From assembly GCA_951406725.2 (NCBI GenBank), contig OX597830.1, forward strand, positions 75,144,001 through 75,208,000: a stretch of 64,000 nt of DNA, given 5' to 3'. A program made the position numbers and the translations under genes. Origin of the DNA: Octopus vulgaris (lineage: Eukaryota). Position 1 is the stretch's first letter. Each line of letters starts with the position of its first letter. This document shows, piece by piece, positions 27,965 through 41,594 of this stretch. The notes under the pieces are model-generated. The model had not been told where the DNA came from, ran no database searches, and saw nothing but the letters and a program-made list of their open reading frames with translations.

Positions 27965-28331
27965 AATATTAGGGAATAAATCCAAATTTACAGGAAAAAA
28001 TCAGATTTAGGATTAAATCCAATTTTATAGTAAAATATTATAAAATATTATTAGAGACAAAACCACTATTTTGCAAAACAAACAAGGAAAGACTTAATCA
28101 ATACATAAAATTTTAATAAATAGTCAAAAAAACCGCCACTACAATTGTTTCTTGTCTTGATCGACAATCTTCAGGTGGACTTCCAATAAATCAGTTTCAA
28201 ATTTGAAACTGATAAGATTGTCGATCAAGACAAGAAACAATTGTAGTGGCGTTTTTTGACTATTTATTAAAATTTTATGTATTATTAAGTCTTTCCTTGT
28301 TTGTTTTGCAAAATAGTGGTTTTGTCTCTAA

Positions 28332-28337
<6 letters not shown>
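27961..28337 (-). mobile_element. Penelope-like pLTR-type foldback element, family 1, copy 1
   Basis: Inverted arms ~28045-28201 and 28202-28337 with a spacerless centre and an ~18-bp gap in the right arm; unpaired ~85-bp tail 27961-28044; (AT)n on both sides; carries a hammerhead. PLE assignment is inferred from architecture only. Confidence 0.7.
28136..28178 (-). ncRNA. Minimal type I hammerhead ribozyme (canonical core)
   Basis: ccac CTGAAGA ttgtc-gatcaa-gacaa GAAAC aatt GTA gtgg: stem I ccac/gtgg, stem II ttgtc/gacaa, 2-bp stem III with palindromic AATT loop, GUA triplet. Confidence 0.88.
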
Positions 28338-28385
<48 letters not shown>

Positions 28386-28412
28386 ATAACACGTATATAT
28401 ATATAAATATAA

Positions 28413-28472
<60 letters not shown>

Positions 28473-28477
<5 letters not shown>

Positions 28478-28950
28478 TAGTTATCGCCATACTAATATGG
28501 CAGTCTTATAAATATAAGACTAAAGCTGTCGCTGATTAGCTCCATGGGGCCATCGTCTCAAGCTAGCTATTTGACACACGAACCTGCGTCCATTACAAAC
28601 CTTCGAACAAGGGAGGTCAGCCGCTTCATCCTGCCAATCAGACAGCTACAGACTACGCTGCATTGATAAGGGACAACAACCCGGAAACGTCTGTAGCTGT
28701 CTGACTGGCAGGATGAAGCGGCTGACCTCCCTTGTTCGAAGGTTTGTAATGGACGCAGGTTCGTGTGTCAAATAGCTAGCTTGAGATGATGGCCTCATGG
28801 TGCTAATCAGCGACAGCTTTAGTCTTATATTTATAAGACTGCCATATTAGTATGGCGATAACTATTAATTTCCAGTAACGCTGCCGTAATCTCTTTAGAG
28901 AGACTTAGTAATTTTAATATGAGTACCTATATCGCCAATGATAGAAGTCG
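28473..28950 (+). mobile_element. Penelope-like foldback element, family 2 (181-bp arms)
   Basis: Arms 28473-28653 and 28689-28869 (about 4 mismatches by eye), 35-nt loop, unpaired tail 28870-28950, (AT)n on both sides; homologous to 52630-52778. Confidence 0.72.
28657..28697 (+). ncRNA. Variant minimal hammerhead (U3-A8 core)
   Basis: gctgca TTGATAA ggg-acaacaa-ccc g GAAA CG TC tgtagc: 6-bp stem I (one G-U), GUC triplet, palindromic ACGT stem III, one extra G before GAAA. Confidence 0.6.
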
Positions 28951-28977
28951 AATATATATATATATATATATATATAT

Positions 28978-29363
28978 AATAAATATTAGGGAATAAATCC
29001 AAATTTACAGGGAAAAAATCAGATTTAGGATTAAATCCAATTTTATAGTAAAATATTATATAATATTAATTCGAGACAAAAGCCACTATTTTGCAAAACA
29101 AACAAGGAAAGACTTAATCAATACATAAAATTTTAATAGAAAGTAAATAAACCGCCACTACAATCGTTTCATGTCTTCAAATGACATTCGTCAGATGGAT
29201 TTCCGATTTTCAAATCAGTTTCAATTTATGAAGTGAAGTTAAACTCTAGCCGTTATAACGTCAAACAAAATTACGTTTATTTACTTTATATTAAAATTTT
29301 ATGTATTGATTAAGTCTTTCCTTGTTTGTTTGGCAAAATAGTGGTTTTGTCTCGAATTAATAT

Positions 29364-29366
<3 letters not shown>
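28978..29366 (-). mobile_element. Penelope-like pLTR-type foldback element, family 1, copy 2
   Basis: Near-identical to 27961-28180 over ~200 bp; inverted arm 29275-29366; flanked by (AT)n. Confidence 0.7.
29155..29198 (-). ncRNA. Minimal type I hammerhead ribozyme (canonical core)
   Basis: ccat CTGACGA atgtc-atttgaa-gacat GAAAC gatt GTA gtgg; stem II covaries relative to the 28136 copy. Confidence 0.88.
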
Positions 29367-29420
<54 letters not shown>

Positions 29421-29766
29421 GTATGTATATATATATGAATATATACATATGTATGTATGTGTAATTAATGTTGAAATGAGAAATAAGAAAAGGTGCTAAG
29501 AATGCAGAAAAGTTTTGAAATCATTTGTATTTCGGTCGCAAAGGCATGTCTTCAGAAGAATACATTCACAGAAGTGTGTACTTACATTTTGGATAGTCAA
29601 AATGTTATCCAAAATGCTATCCAAAATAACTGGAGTTATGTAAATAGACATTTCGTTGGATGTGTGCTTATGAAGATAGGCCTTTGCGCCTCAGAAATAT
29701 TAAGGTCTTTTAAAATTCTCTGCATTTTCAGAAACGTTTCTCATTTCGCATTTCATACATTTTATG

Positions 29767-29799
<33 letters not shown>

Positions 29800-30169
29800 A
29801 GAATGTAGTGCATAAAGTCACGCACACACACAAACACACACACACTTGCCCGTACAAACACGCGCGCTCGCACACACATACACACACGAGCATATCTTTA
29901 ATGTGCATACATGTATACTTGCCTATATATTTGCGTACATCCTTCCAAATTGTACGAGAGATAAGAGAAGCTAACCAAATACTCATGGCTAGTCTGATGT
30001 ACACTGTGAAGATGGAAGCAAGAAATAGGAATTTGAACACCACTTGTATGGCATCCGAGTGTCATCTCAGGTTATAGCTTCCCTTGTCATATTACGGATT
30101 CGTTTTTGTTCCTTATTTTGTTGCTTAGTGCGGCTTTTCATCATCAACATCATCATCATCATTATTATA

Positions 30170-31280
30170 CAAAAACCCGCAGCTTATTTTGCTGGGTATG
30201 TCAGCTGTTCGTAGCCAGCAGACTAAGGTGTACTTGTTTACTGCTCATGCTTCAAGAACCCTGCGTAGAATTCTTGTAGTTCTAAGCAATGCTGATTTTT
30301 GCAGGTGTTCTACTTCCACACTTGCAACGATCTTTTTTTCAGCCATGTTGGTAGTTGAGCGCTGATACTTCCAAGTGCGCCAATTACTATTGGTATCACG
30401 TCTACTCACTTCATTGAACACAACCTTCGTATTTCCCACATTAAATCATCATAGTTTATTTTTCTTCTTCTTTCACGCTGATCCTGTTGTCACCGAGGCA
30501 TGCTATGTCGATTATCATACATGTTCATTCATTTTTATTCACCAGAACAATGACCGATTTCCGATGTCGGGTCAGGTGAGCACACTGGATCATTACATTC
30601 CACAAGATTTCGTAGTGCTCCTTTTCAGTGACTTCTTTTGGGTTTGCTCATACCACGTTTTTGCCTTTTGTAGGTCATAATTTCCACAAAGCTTCCAATG
30701 CATCATTCTTGCCACATCGTCATAGCGTCGTTTGTATTCGCGTTTGGTCAATTTCGGGCATTCGCTAACGATGTGCCATACCGGTTTCACCCTTCTCAGC
30801 ACACATTCTGCATTTGTCGCTATCGGTAGTGTGGTAACTTCTGCACTTCATATAATTGATCCTTAAAGCTTGTTGCTGAGCTGCGCATATAAATGCTTCC
30901 GCATCTAGTTTCACGTTACTGCTCCTCATCCAAGGCCACGGTTGCTCTGAATCTGTCGTGGCGTTTCCATCTCTTGCAAACTGACCGTACATTTTGTCTT
31001 CCTTCCATGATTTTTCTGGGGTTTTTTTGGGTTTTTTTGTTTATTTCTTATTTAAACATTTCTTTAGTTACACTAATTTCAGTTTTGATGACGCCTGCCT
31101 TCTTCGTTTGTTTCAAAAGTGGCTCCACGGCATAGTTTACACACCACCCTAGGCTGTCTCCCTCTGCTTTGACATAGTTCTGGTAACTGATCAAACCTCT
31201 CCCAAATTTTCTTCTAGAGAAGAACAGCCTATTTGTGTCACTCTTAGGGAGCACGGTCAACATTTTCTGGTCTTGTTATC
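30170..31280 (-). mobile_element. R4/Dong-clade non-LTR retrotransposon 3' remnant
   Basis: Fragments RLFFSRRKFGRGLI, MYGQFAR, EAFICAAQQQAL, CRMC..ET..HIVSEC..L.KREYKRRYDDVA..HWKLC (CCHC region), LQKSALLRTTRILRRVL; many frameshifts. Confidence 0.88.
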
Positions 31281-31354
31281 AATTTTATTCATTTCTCTCT
31301 TTTGCCATTTTATAATTCCCTATCCATAACGAAGTGATGCTCATCATCATCATC

Positions 31355-31405
<51 letters not shown>

Positions 31406-31415
31406 GTCATCATCG

Positions 31416-31469
<54 letters not shown>

Positions 31470-31482
31470 ACATCAACATTGT

Positions 31483-31564
<82 letters not shown>

Positions 31565-31567
31565 GAA

Positions 31568-31795
31568 AGGCGGTGAGCTGGCAGAAACGTTAGCAAAGGC
31601 AAAACGCTTAGCAGTATTTCGTCTGGCTCTACGTTCTGAGTTCAAATTCCGCCGAAGTAGGGTTTGCCTTTCACCCTTTAGGGGTCGATTAAATAAGTAC
31701 CAGTTACGCACTGGAGTCGATGTAACCGACTTAATCCGTTTGTCTTTCCTTGTTTGTCCCCTTTATGTTTACCCCCTGTGGGCAATAAAGAAATT
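31568..31795 (+). mobile_element. Meta-domain-type SINE
   Basis: GGCGGTGAGCTGGCAGAAACGTTAGC..GAGTTCAAATTCCGCC..GGGGTCGATTAAATAAGTACCAG. Confidence 0.85.
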
Positions 31796-32111
31796 AAAAA
31801 AAACTATTATTATTATTATTCACAGTGAGCTGGGAGAATTGTTAGCGCGCTGGATAAAATGCTTAGAGGTATCTCACCTATATATACGCTCTCAGTTCAA
31901 ATTCTATGAGGGGCGACTTTGTCTTCCTTTCTTTTGAGGTCGATGATATAAGTACCAGTTGAACACTGGGGTTGATGTGGCAAAATTTGAAACTGTTATT
32001 GTCATTATTGTTGGTTTTCTTCTTCTTCTTCTTCTTCTTCTTCTTCTTCTTCTCCTCCTCCTCCTCCTCCTCCTTCTTCTTCTTCTTCTTCTTCTTCTCC
32101 TTCTTCTTCTT

Positions 32112-32581
32112 CCAATCAGGACTCATGCCATTAGCCACAAAGAATAATCTCTAATTCGAACCTACGCTAAGCTACTAAGAATATGTGTGGCAACTTGAAG
32201 ATCCATTCACCACACGTGATAGCACGGGCGCGAAAGCTACGTTGTTATCCTCATTCCGTAAACGCTGGCTTTTAACGAGTGGAGAGCTGAACCATCCTGG
32301 GATACAGAGGATTCGCAATCTAGACTAGGGTCTGAAAGTTTACCACACCATACTGGGTTACACCATGGTTCCTCTGCTTTGTGGCAGAAGTAGGAAGAAA
32401 GAGTGAGAGCATGTTGTGCTGAAAGAGTACAGCGAGGTTCACCACCATCACCCCGCCGGAGCCTCGTGGAGCTTAGGTGTTTTTGCTCAATAAACAGTTA
32501 CAATGCCCGGTCTGAGAATCGAAACTGCGTTCTTACGACCGCGAGTCCACTGCCCTAACCAGTAGGCCATTGCGCCTCCAC
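32112..32581 (-). mobile_element. tRNA-head SINE, body type D with (AAG)n tail
   Basis: Same head as types A and C (GTGGAGGCGCAATGGCC..), then ~270 bp unique in this window, ending at a (CTT)n tract 32018-32111. Linkage of body to head is inferred. Confidence 0.6.
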
Positions 32582-33227
32582 TGCTGCTGTTGCTGTTGTT
32601 GGTGTGGTGGTTATCGTCATATTCGAAATAGCATTTTAATGATAATGGTTTTATTATAAAGAAAAAAGGTCGATACAAGGAGTGCGGAAAAAGAAGAGAA
32701 CATACATTAATAAAATTAAACATTTATCGCATTAACGAAACAAGAGTTTAATCAATACACAAATATTATAACACAATTAATTCTTTTTTTAAAGTAAAAA
32801 GCGCACTAAATATTCAATACATTAATTTAAGAACAGATTAAACTTAAAACATAATGTTAAAGAAGCCGAGGAGAAAATTATGTATACTGATGGGAGTGTA
32901 AAGCTCTTTATTTGATTGATTCTTTGTTACAGAAAAGAGAACAAAACGTTTGGTTAAATATCCTATATATGTATGGAATGTATGGGGTGACAAGGAGGGT
33001 ATGTGCCTTTAACGCGGAAAAACTATGCATGTTTAGGGGCGGTTTGTTCGCTCTGTTTCATCCTGTCACCTGTCTCTTCTTTGTTGCTCCAAGTAGCTTT
33101 TTGCAAGCGATAGCTTCCAATCGCCAATAAACCGTTTTCACGGATGTGGGTAACCGAAGGGCATATAACATTTAGTGAATTAGGGTTTGTCTAAATAAGC
33201 ACGAGACGACTAGATCCGGAGGACTAT

Positions 33228-33425
33228 TCTTTTACTTGTTTCAGTCATTTGACTGCGGCCATGCTGGAGCACCGCCTTTAGTCGAGCAAATCGACCCAGG
33301 TACTTATTATTCTTTGGAAGCCCAGTACTTATTCTATCGGTCTCTTTTGCCGAAACGCTAAGTGACGGGGACGTAAACACACCAGCATCGGTTGTCAAGC
33401 AATGCTAGGGGGGCAAACACATACA

Positions 33426-33482
<57 letters not shown>

Positions 33483-33647
33483 TACGACAGGCTTCTTTCA
33501 GTTTCCGTCTACCAAATCCACTCACAAGGCATTGGTCGGCCCGGGGCTATAGCAGAAGACACTTGCCCAAGATGCCACGCAGTGGGACTGAACCCGGAAC
33601 CATGTGGTTGGTTAGCAAGCTACTTACCACACAGCCACTCCTGCGCC
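33228..33647 (-). mobile_element. Full-length CORE-type SINE
   Basis: Reverse complement of the 7928 family, low divergence. Confidence 0.9.
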
Positions 33648-34104
33648 TATATAAAAGAAATATTTGTGATTCAACAGAGAGGTAGACGACTGTAGCAACG
33701 CATTATAAATATCAAGATGAGGCCAGCAAGACATTTGGTCATCCACAATATATCCGTCTCAATCCCAAGTCGTTTTGACTTGGTTTTCTGACAGGCTCTA
33801 AAGATGATCACGGACGAGAAAGTGGGGTTGACAAAGCTAACCGGCTAAGTAAACATTCATCCCATACTCAAGATGACAAAATGACGCCTATGGCTCCGAA
33901 GGAGGACTATATATTTATGCCCGTGCAAGGTCGGTTGGCTGGGAAGTGAACACCGAAATGATCTGATCCAACTTGCCTCCTTCCACGGTATATTGAATCA
34001 ACCATGAAGCGTGAAATTCGGTACAGGAAAAAGATGTCTACTGCATACGTTGTAGATTTCAATGCAATAAGCAATAAATGGTATTCGTTCCTTCTAATTT
34101 CAAC

Positions 34105-34166
<62 letters not shown>

Positions 34167-34220
34167 TTTCTATTTCATACCCTATCAAGAATAACTATTG
34201 CTTAACCAATCTCTCACACC

Positions 34221-34268
34221 GTCTTTGATGAAGGGTTATAATAAATATCCTGGAAACAGCTGTAAGAT
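34221..34268 (+). ncRNA. Minimal hammerhead-like motif (C3U)
   Basis: gtct TTGATGA agggt..atcct g GAAAC agct GTA agat, in a ~165-bp island between (AT)n tracts; palindromic AGCT loop. Confidence 0.6.
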
Positions 34269-34578
34269 CTATTTATAAATGCTCTGAAATCTTTCACTGC
34301 CTTGGAATTTTATCTCATTATGTTAATATATATATATATATAAAGTCAAGGCATACGTAAAGCTGATTATATATTTGCATATCACTCCAAAAATCAGTAT
34401 AACTGGAGCATAGTCATGGATTTCCAATATAGAATGGTGATGAACCATAACCTCATAAATAGCCTCAAGAATGCGTGGCGTACTTTATTAATCTAAACAT
34501 TGTTGTTGGTCTCGTATACAAACTGAGAGCTTATAAAGCATTTTGCTCGGATTGGTAATCCATCACTACTAACTCTGT

Positions 34579-34612
<34 letters not shown>

Positions 34613-34964
34613 ATGAGGGAGAGAGGGAAAGAGTGACTGAATTAGCATGAGACGTAGTCTGCTCATACTGGGAACTGGAACACGTCTTAGATTATAGTCT
34701 TTGGTGTATGAGTACGTAAGCGGCTTTTAAGACTCGAGACCTGTTGGAAATTTGCATTACGAAGAATGTAATTATGTCTCATTCAGCAGGTGGTAATGTT
34801 GCTTGTCTTGTCAGATACATAAATACTTAAATATCCTTTTGTTTCACCAGGGTGGCACGTACGTGTCTTATTACAATTGAGCCTGATGAAATGATTGTGT
34901 CTGGTTGTGTCTGATGGAATTTTCTCTGGACATCTTTGGCCAAATACAGGAGAATGTGCTTTAT

Positions 34965-35392
34965 ATATCTTACTTAACGTAGAAATGTTGTAGAAAGCAA
35001 CAAACTGCACTCTTCGTTTCGAGAAAAGATACACCCATATAGTGCTAAAAAGCACAGAATGACATCATTAACGAAAGAAAACTAACCTGCAGTAGCGGTG
35101 GAATGCCTAAATATAGATATCTGCTTCTTTTAGCGTCATCAGTTGCAAATATCTGCAAGCAAGCGCATGTTTAGATGAATGTACCCGCTACTGATAGAGA
35201 AAAACTATGATTAACGTATCACTGGACTGACAAAGATATAGGATATAAATTCTTTATTAGCGACAGAAACAGTATGAAGATCAAATTAACATTCTGCATA
35301 TTTTTACTTCACTTTTATAAATGAGATGCTGTCTCGAGACGATTATTGGTGTTTTATTATTTTCTATAATATATCTACGTTAAGTAAGATAT
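34965..35392. mobile_element. MITE-like element with ~32-bp terminal inverted repeats
   Basis: atatcttacttaacgtagaaatgttgtagaaa (34965-34996) vs tttctataatatatctacgttaagtaagatat (35361-35392). Confidence 0.6.
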
Positions 35393-35460
35393 TCAAAATG
35401 CTATTTTGTACTAATAATGCTTCTGTCGCTACTAACATGCATATATATACACATGCATAC

Positions 35461-35526
<66 letters not shown>

Positions 35527-35963
35527 GAATAAACTCAAAACGCATAACTAAAAACAGCATACACTGAGACTAAATTAGTGCTATGGTAGGTCATGAGAAG
35601 AGCTGGGTGACTGACCGTCTTGTGATGCGATGCGTAAGGAATGCAAAAGAATAAAACAGAAACAAAATATACAAACAAACGAATAAACAGTTAAAAAAAT
35701 GCAGAAATAAAAATTCGTGATAGCCAACTCATTCAAATGAATTCGTTTTTTTCTTTGAAACTTGATTAAAAACCAATTTCTATGAAGGGATATTTTTATT
35801 TTTACTTTTTCCCCATATGTTGGTATGTTTGTTACAGATGGTGGTGTTGTTGGTTTTCCTGGTGATGATAGAAAGTATTATGATTATTTATTATTGTTTA
35901 TGTTTTTTTTTATTATTCTTTATGTATTTCTGTTGTTTATGCGAGTGTTTTCTTTAATTCTAA

Positions 35964-36018
<55 letters not shown>

Positions 36019-36124
36019 GTATATATATAAATTGACGTCGACGAATTTGAACTCTGAATGTAAAGAAGGCCGAAATACCGCTGATCATTTCGTTCAGCGT
36101 TCTAATGATTCTGCCAGCTCACCG

Positions 36125-36196
<72 letters not shown>

Positions 36197-36200
36197 TAAC

Positions 36201-36283
<83 letters not shown>

Positions 36284-36287
36284 TAAC

Positions 36288-36356
<69 letters not shown>

Positions 36357-36358
<2 letters not shown>

Positions 36359-36400
36359 GTGTAAACCCATGTGAGATAAGTCCATTAAACTATCCAACTG
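36357..36400. repeat. 44-bp (AAT)n-associated element, copy 1
   Basis: aagtgtaaacccatgtgagataagtccattaaactatccaactg; one mismatch to copies 2 and 3. Confidence 0.9.
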
Positions 36401-36404
36401 TTTA

Positions 36405-38386
<1,982 letters not shown>

Positions 38387-38729
38387 CGCGATGATGATTT
38401 TATTTACCACAGGAGAAGTAGATGAGGAAATACGACAAGAACTGTTGACAATTAGCTTGGTGGTGGCAATAGCTTTTATGATTAACGTTTTAAAATAAAA
38501 AAAAAAAAAAATAATAATAATAAGGTTGATTTTCAATATGAATAGTAATGATGATGATGATGGTGGCGGGGGCGGCGGTGGTGGTGGTGGTGACGACGAC
38601 GACGACGACGATTATTATGCTGCTACCGCTACTGCAGCTGGTGTTCATGATGATGACGATGATGATGATGACGATGATGATGATGAAGATGATGATGGTG
38701 ATGATGATGATGATAGAAGTAATAATAAC

Positions 38730-38926
<197 letters not shown>

Positions 38927-39303
38927 CAATAATAATAATAGTAATAATAATAATGAATATATAAATAAATATCAGTAAAAGCTACGTTCCTGAAATCCGG
39001 ATCTAGCAATGAATGCCATTGATATTCTGTTGTGGTTGGTTGGGCGATAGCTGACTTGCAAACACGTGTAGCGAGAAGCCCGAATTTTACTGCTAATCAC
39101 TGAATTGATTCGAGCGCATTCGATGCTGTGTATGACCCTGTAAGGTCCGTGGGCTTTCAGAATGTGCACGCATGCACTTGTGCGCCCACCTTCTCCTTGC
39201 TTCACTTCACATCTCTGTTTGTCCGTCTGTGTGTGTTTATATATGTATATGTTTTTTTCTTTTTTAAGTGTACGACACTATCACATAATCTCTCTTTATC
39301 ACA

Positions 39304-39349
<46 letters not shown>

Positions 39350-39697
39350 ATCGTCGAATGCTTCGATACCGTTGTTTCTAAACGACTGCATTTCTGTGTG
39401 AATTTCTGCCCTTTCTTATGATTGTTGTTGCTGACGTTGTTGTTATTCCTGTTAAGCATATCGCTGTTGTTGTTGTTGTTGTTGTTGAGCATATCATTAG
39501 CTTGTCGTTAATTAAGGGCTGTTGATAGTAAATTCAGTTGAGCACAGAATAACACATACCTTGCCGCATAAAAAATACGCCCATTTAAAATCCCAAGTTC
39601 AAATTTCGTCTCGTTTCTCTTTCCCTTTAAGTATTTTTTTCTAGATGATAATCATCATCGTCGTCGATGTCGTCCATATTTTTTGTTACCATCATCA

Positions 39698-39767
<70 letters not shown>

Positions 39768-39845
39768 CATTATTATTATTATTATTTGAACTAATTCCCT
39801 TTCCCAAATTTCAGGACTATACTAGAAAAAAATTATCATTACCAC

Positions 39846-39893
<48 letters not shown>

Positions 39894-40139
39894 CATCATC
39901 ATCATCATCATTATTATTATTGTTGTTATCGTTGGTGTTGTTGTTGTTGCGGCTACTGCTGCTGTTGTTGTTATGACCCTCCCTCTTATCACCATCATCT
40001 TTGCCATCATCATTAAGGCGGTAAACTAGAAGAATCTTCAGCCCTTCGGACGGACGGAATGCTTATCTTCCAGCTTATCTTCGACTTAGCCTATTATACT
40101 TTCAGTTTCGATAAAATAAAGTACCAGTCGAGATAACTC

Positions 40140-40790
40140 ACTGGTCCCAGCCTGCAGACTCCTGTGGAATGTGTGTGGAAAATATGACCCACTTGGTAAG
40201 TGGATGTGACAGCCTAGCACGAAAAGAATACAAGCGCTGCCACTATAAAGCGTGCGTGTATCTTCATTGGAACTTATGCTGTAAATATTAATATGAAGTA
40301 ACAGAGAACTGGTATGAGCACGTGTCAAGTAAAGTTATGCAAGAGGATGGAAAAGTAATGATACTCGGGGACTATGATTTTCAGACGGATCGTTTAATTG
40401 AACACAGTCGGTCGGATGTTGTCATATTGAATAAGAGAGATAAATACTGTCAGATCATTGATGTAGCCATACCAAATGACATGATTGTTGTGAGTAAAGG
40501 GGTTAAAAAAATCACCAACTACTCCGAATTGGAAGTGGAAATGGCGAGACTGTATGGACAGCGAGGGGGTAATGTAAAAGTGATACCAGTGGGGATCAGA
40601 GCATTGGGATCAATCCCATCGAGACTTCAAGACTTCTTAAGGCAACTGGGAAAAATTTATGTCTTATTGGACACAGCGCACATCTTAAGGAAAGCATTAT
40701 CTGTCTGATGTCCTTGTTGTGACTTGGCAGATCACTAAAGTCTCCGGTGGGTTTTTACCTACACTGTGTTACGAAGGCGTAATAAAAATG
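40140..40790 (+). mobile_element. R4/Dong-clade LINE 3' remnant
   Basis: ENMTHLVSGC..LARKEYKRCH..LHWNLC..WYEH; ORF 40322..40708 DFQTDRLIEHSRSDVV..IIDVAIPND..TAHILRKAL. Confidence 0.88.
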
Positions 40791-40794
40791 ATAA

Positions 40795-41114
40795 TCCTTC
40801 CTACTAAAGGCACGAAACCTGAAATTTGGAGGAAGGAGAGAGGTCGATTATATCCACTCCAGTTTTCCTCCGGTACTTATTTTATCGACACCTAAAGTCA
40901 ACCTCGGCAGAATTTGTTCTCAGACCGTAGCCAATGGGTGAAATATCGCTGAACATTTCCTCCATCGTGCCAACGATTTTGCCATCTCGTGGCCTTAAAG
41001 GCAAAGTCGGCGTCGATGGAACTTGAACTCAGATCGTACAAACGGACGAAATGCTGCTAAACATTTTTCCTGGCGTGCTAATGACTTTGCCTACTCGCCG
41101 CCATTGTTGTTGTT

Positions 41115-41159
<45 letters not shown>

Positions 41160-41360
41160 ACAACAACAACAACGACGACGACGACGACGATGACGATGGT
41201 GATGATGATGATGATAATCCCCTCTAGTAAAGGGAGAAGGCCCGAAATTTTGGTGCAGGGTACTAGTCGATTGCATTGACCCCGATGTTTCACTAATGCG
41301 TAAATTTTCGACGCCGAGAGGATGAAAAGCAAAGTCGATTCGGCTGAATTTGAACACAAA
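40795..41360 (-). mobile_element. Cluster of diverged Meta-domain-type SINE units
   Basis: Repeated ggtacttattttatcgac / gaactcag / aaggcccgaaatttt motifs. Confidence 0.7.
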
Positions 41361-41382
41361 TAACAACAACAACAACAACAAC

Positions 41383-41442
<60 letters not shown>

Positions 41443-41463
41443 TATAATAATAATAATAATAAT

Positions 41464-41528
<65 letters not shown>

Positions 41529-41550
41529 TAATAATAATAATAATAATAAT

Positions 41551-41594
41551 AAGTGTATACCCATGTGAGATAAGTCCATTAAACTATCCAACTG
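41551..41594. repeat. 44-bp (AAT)n-associated element, copy 2
   Basis: aagtgtatacccatgtgagataagtccattaaactatccaactg with (AAT)n on both sides. Confidence 0.9.

Noticed and set aside
28209-28250. Plus-strand hammerhead in the right arm of copy 1
   Set aside because: A deletion removed the 5' strand of stem I and left a non-canonical CTGATAAGA core.
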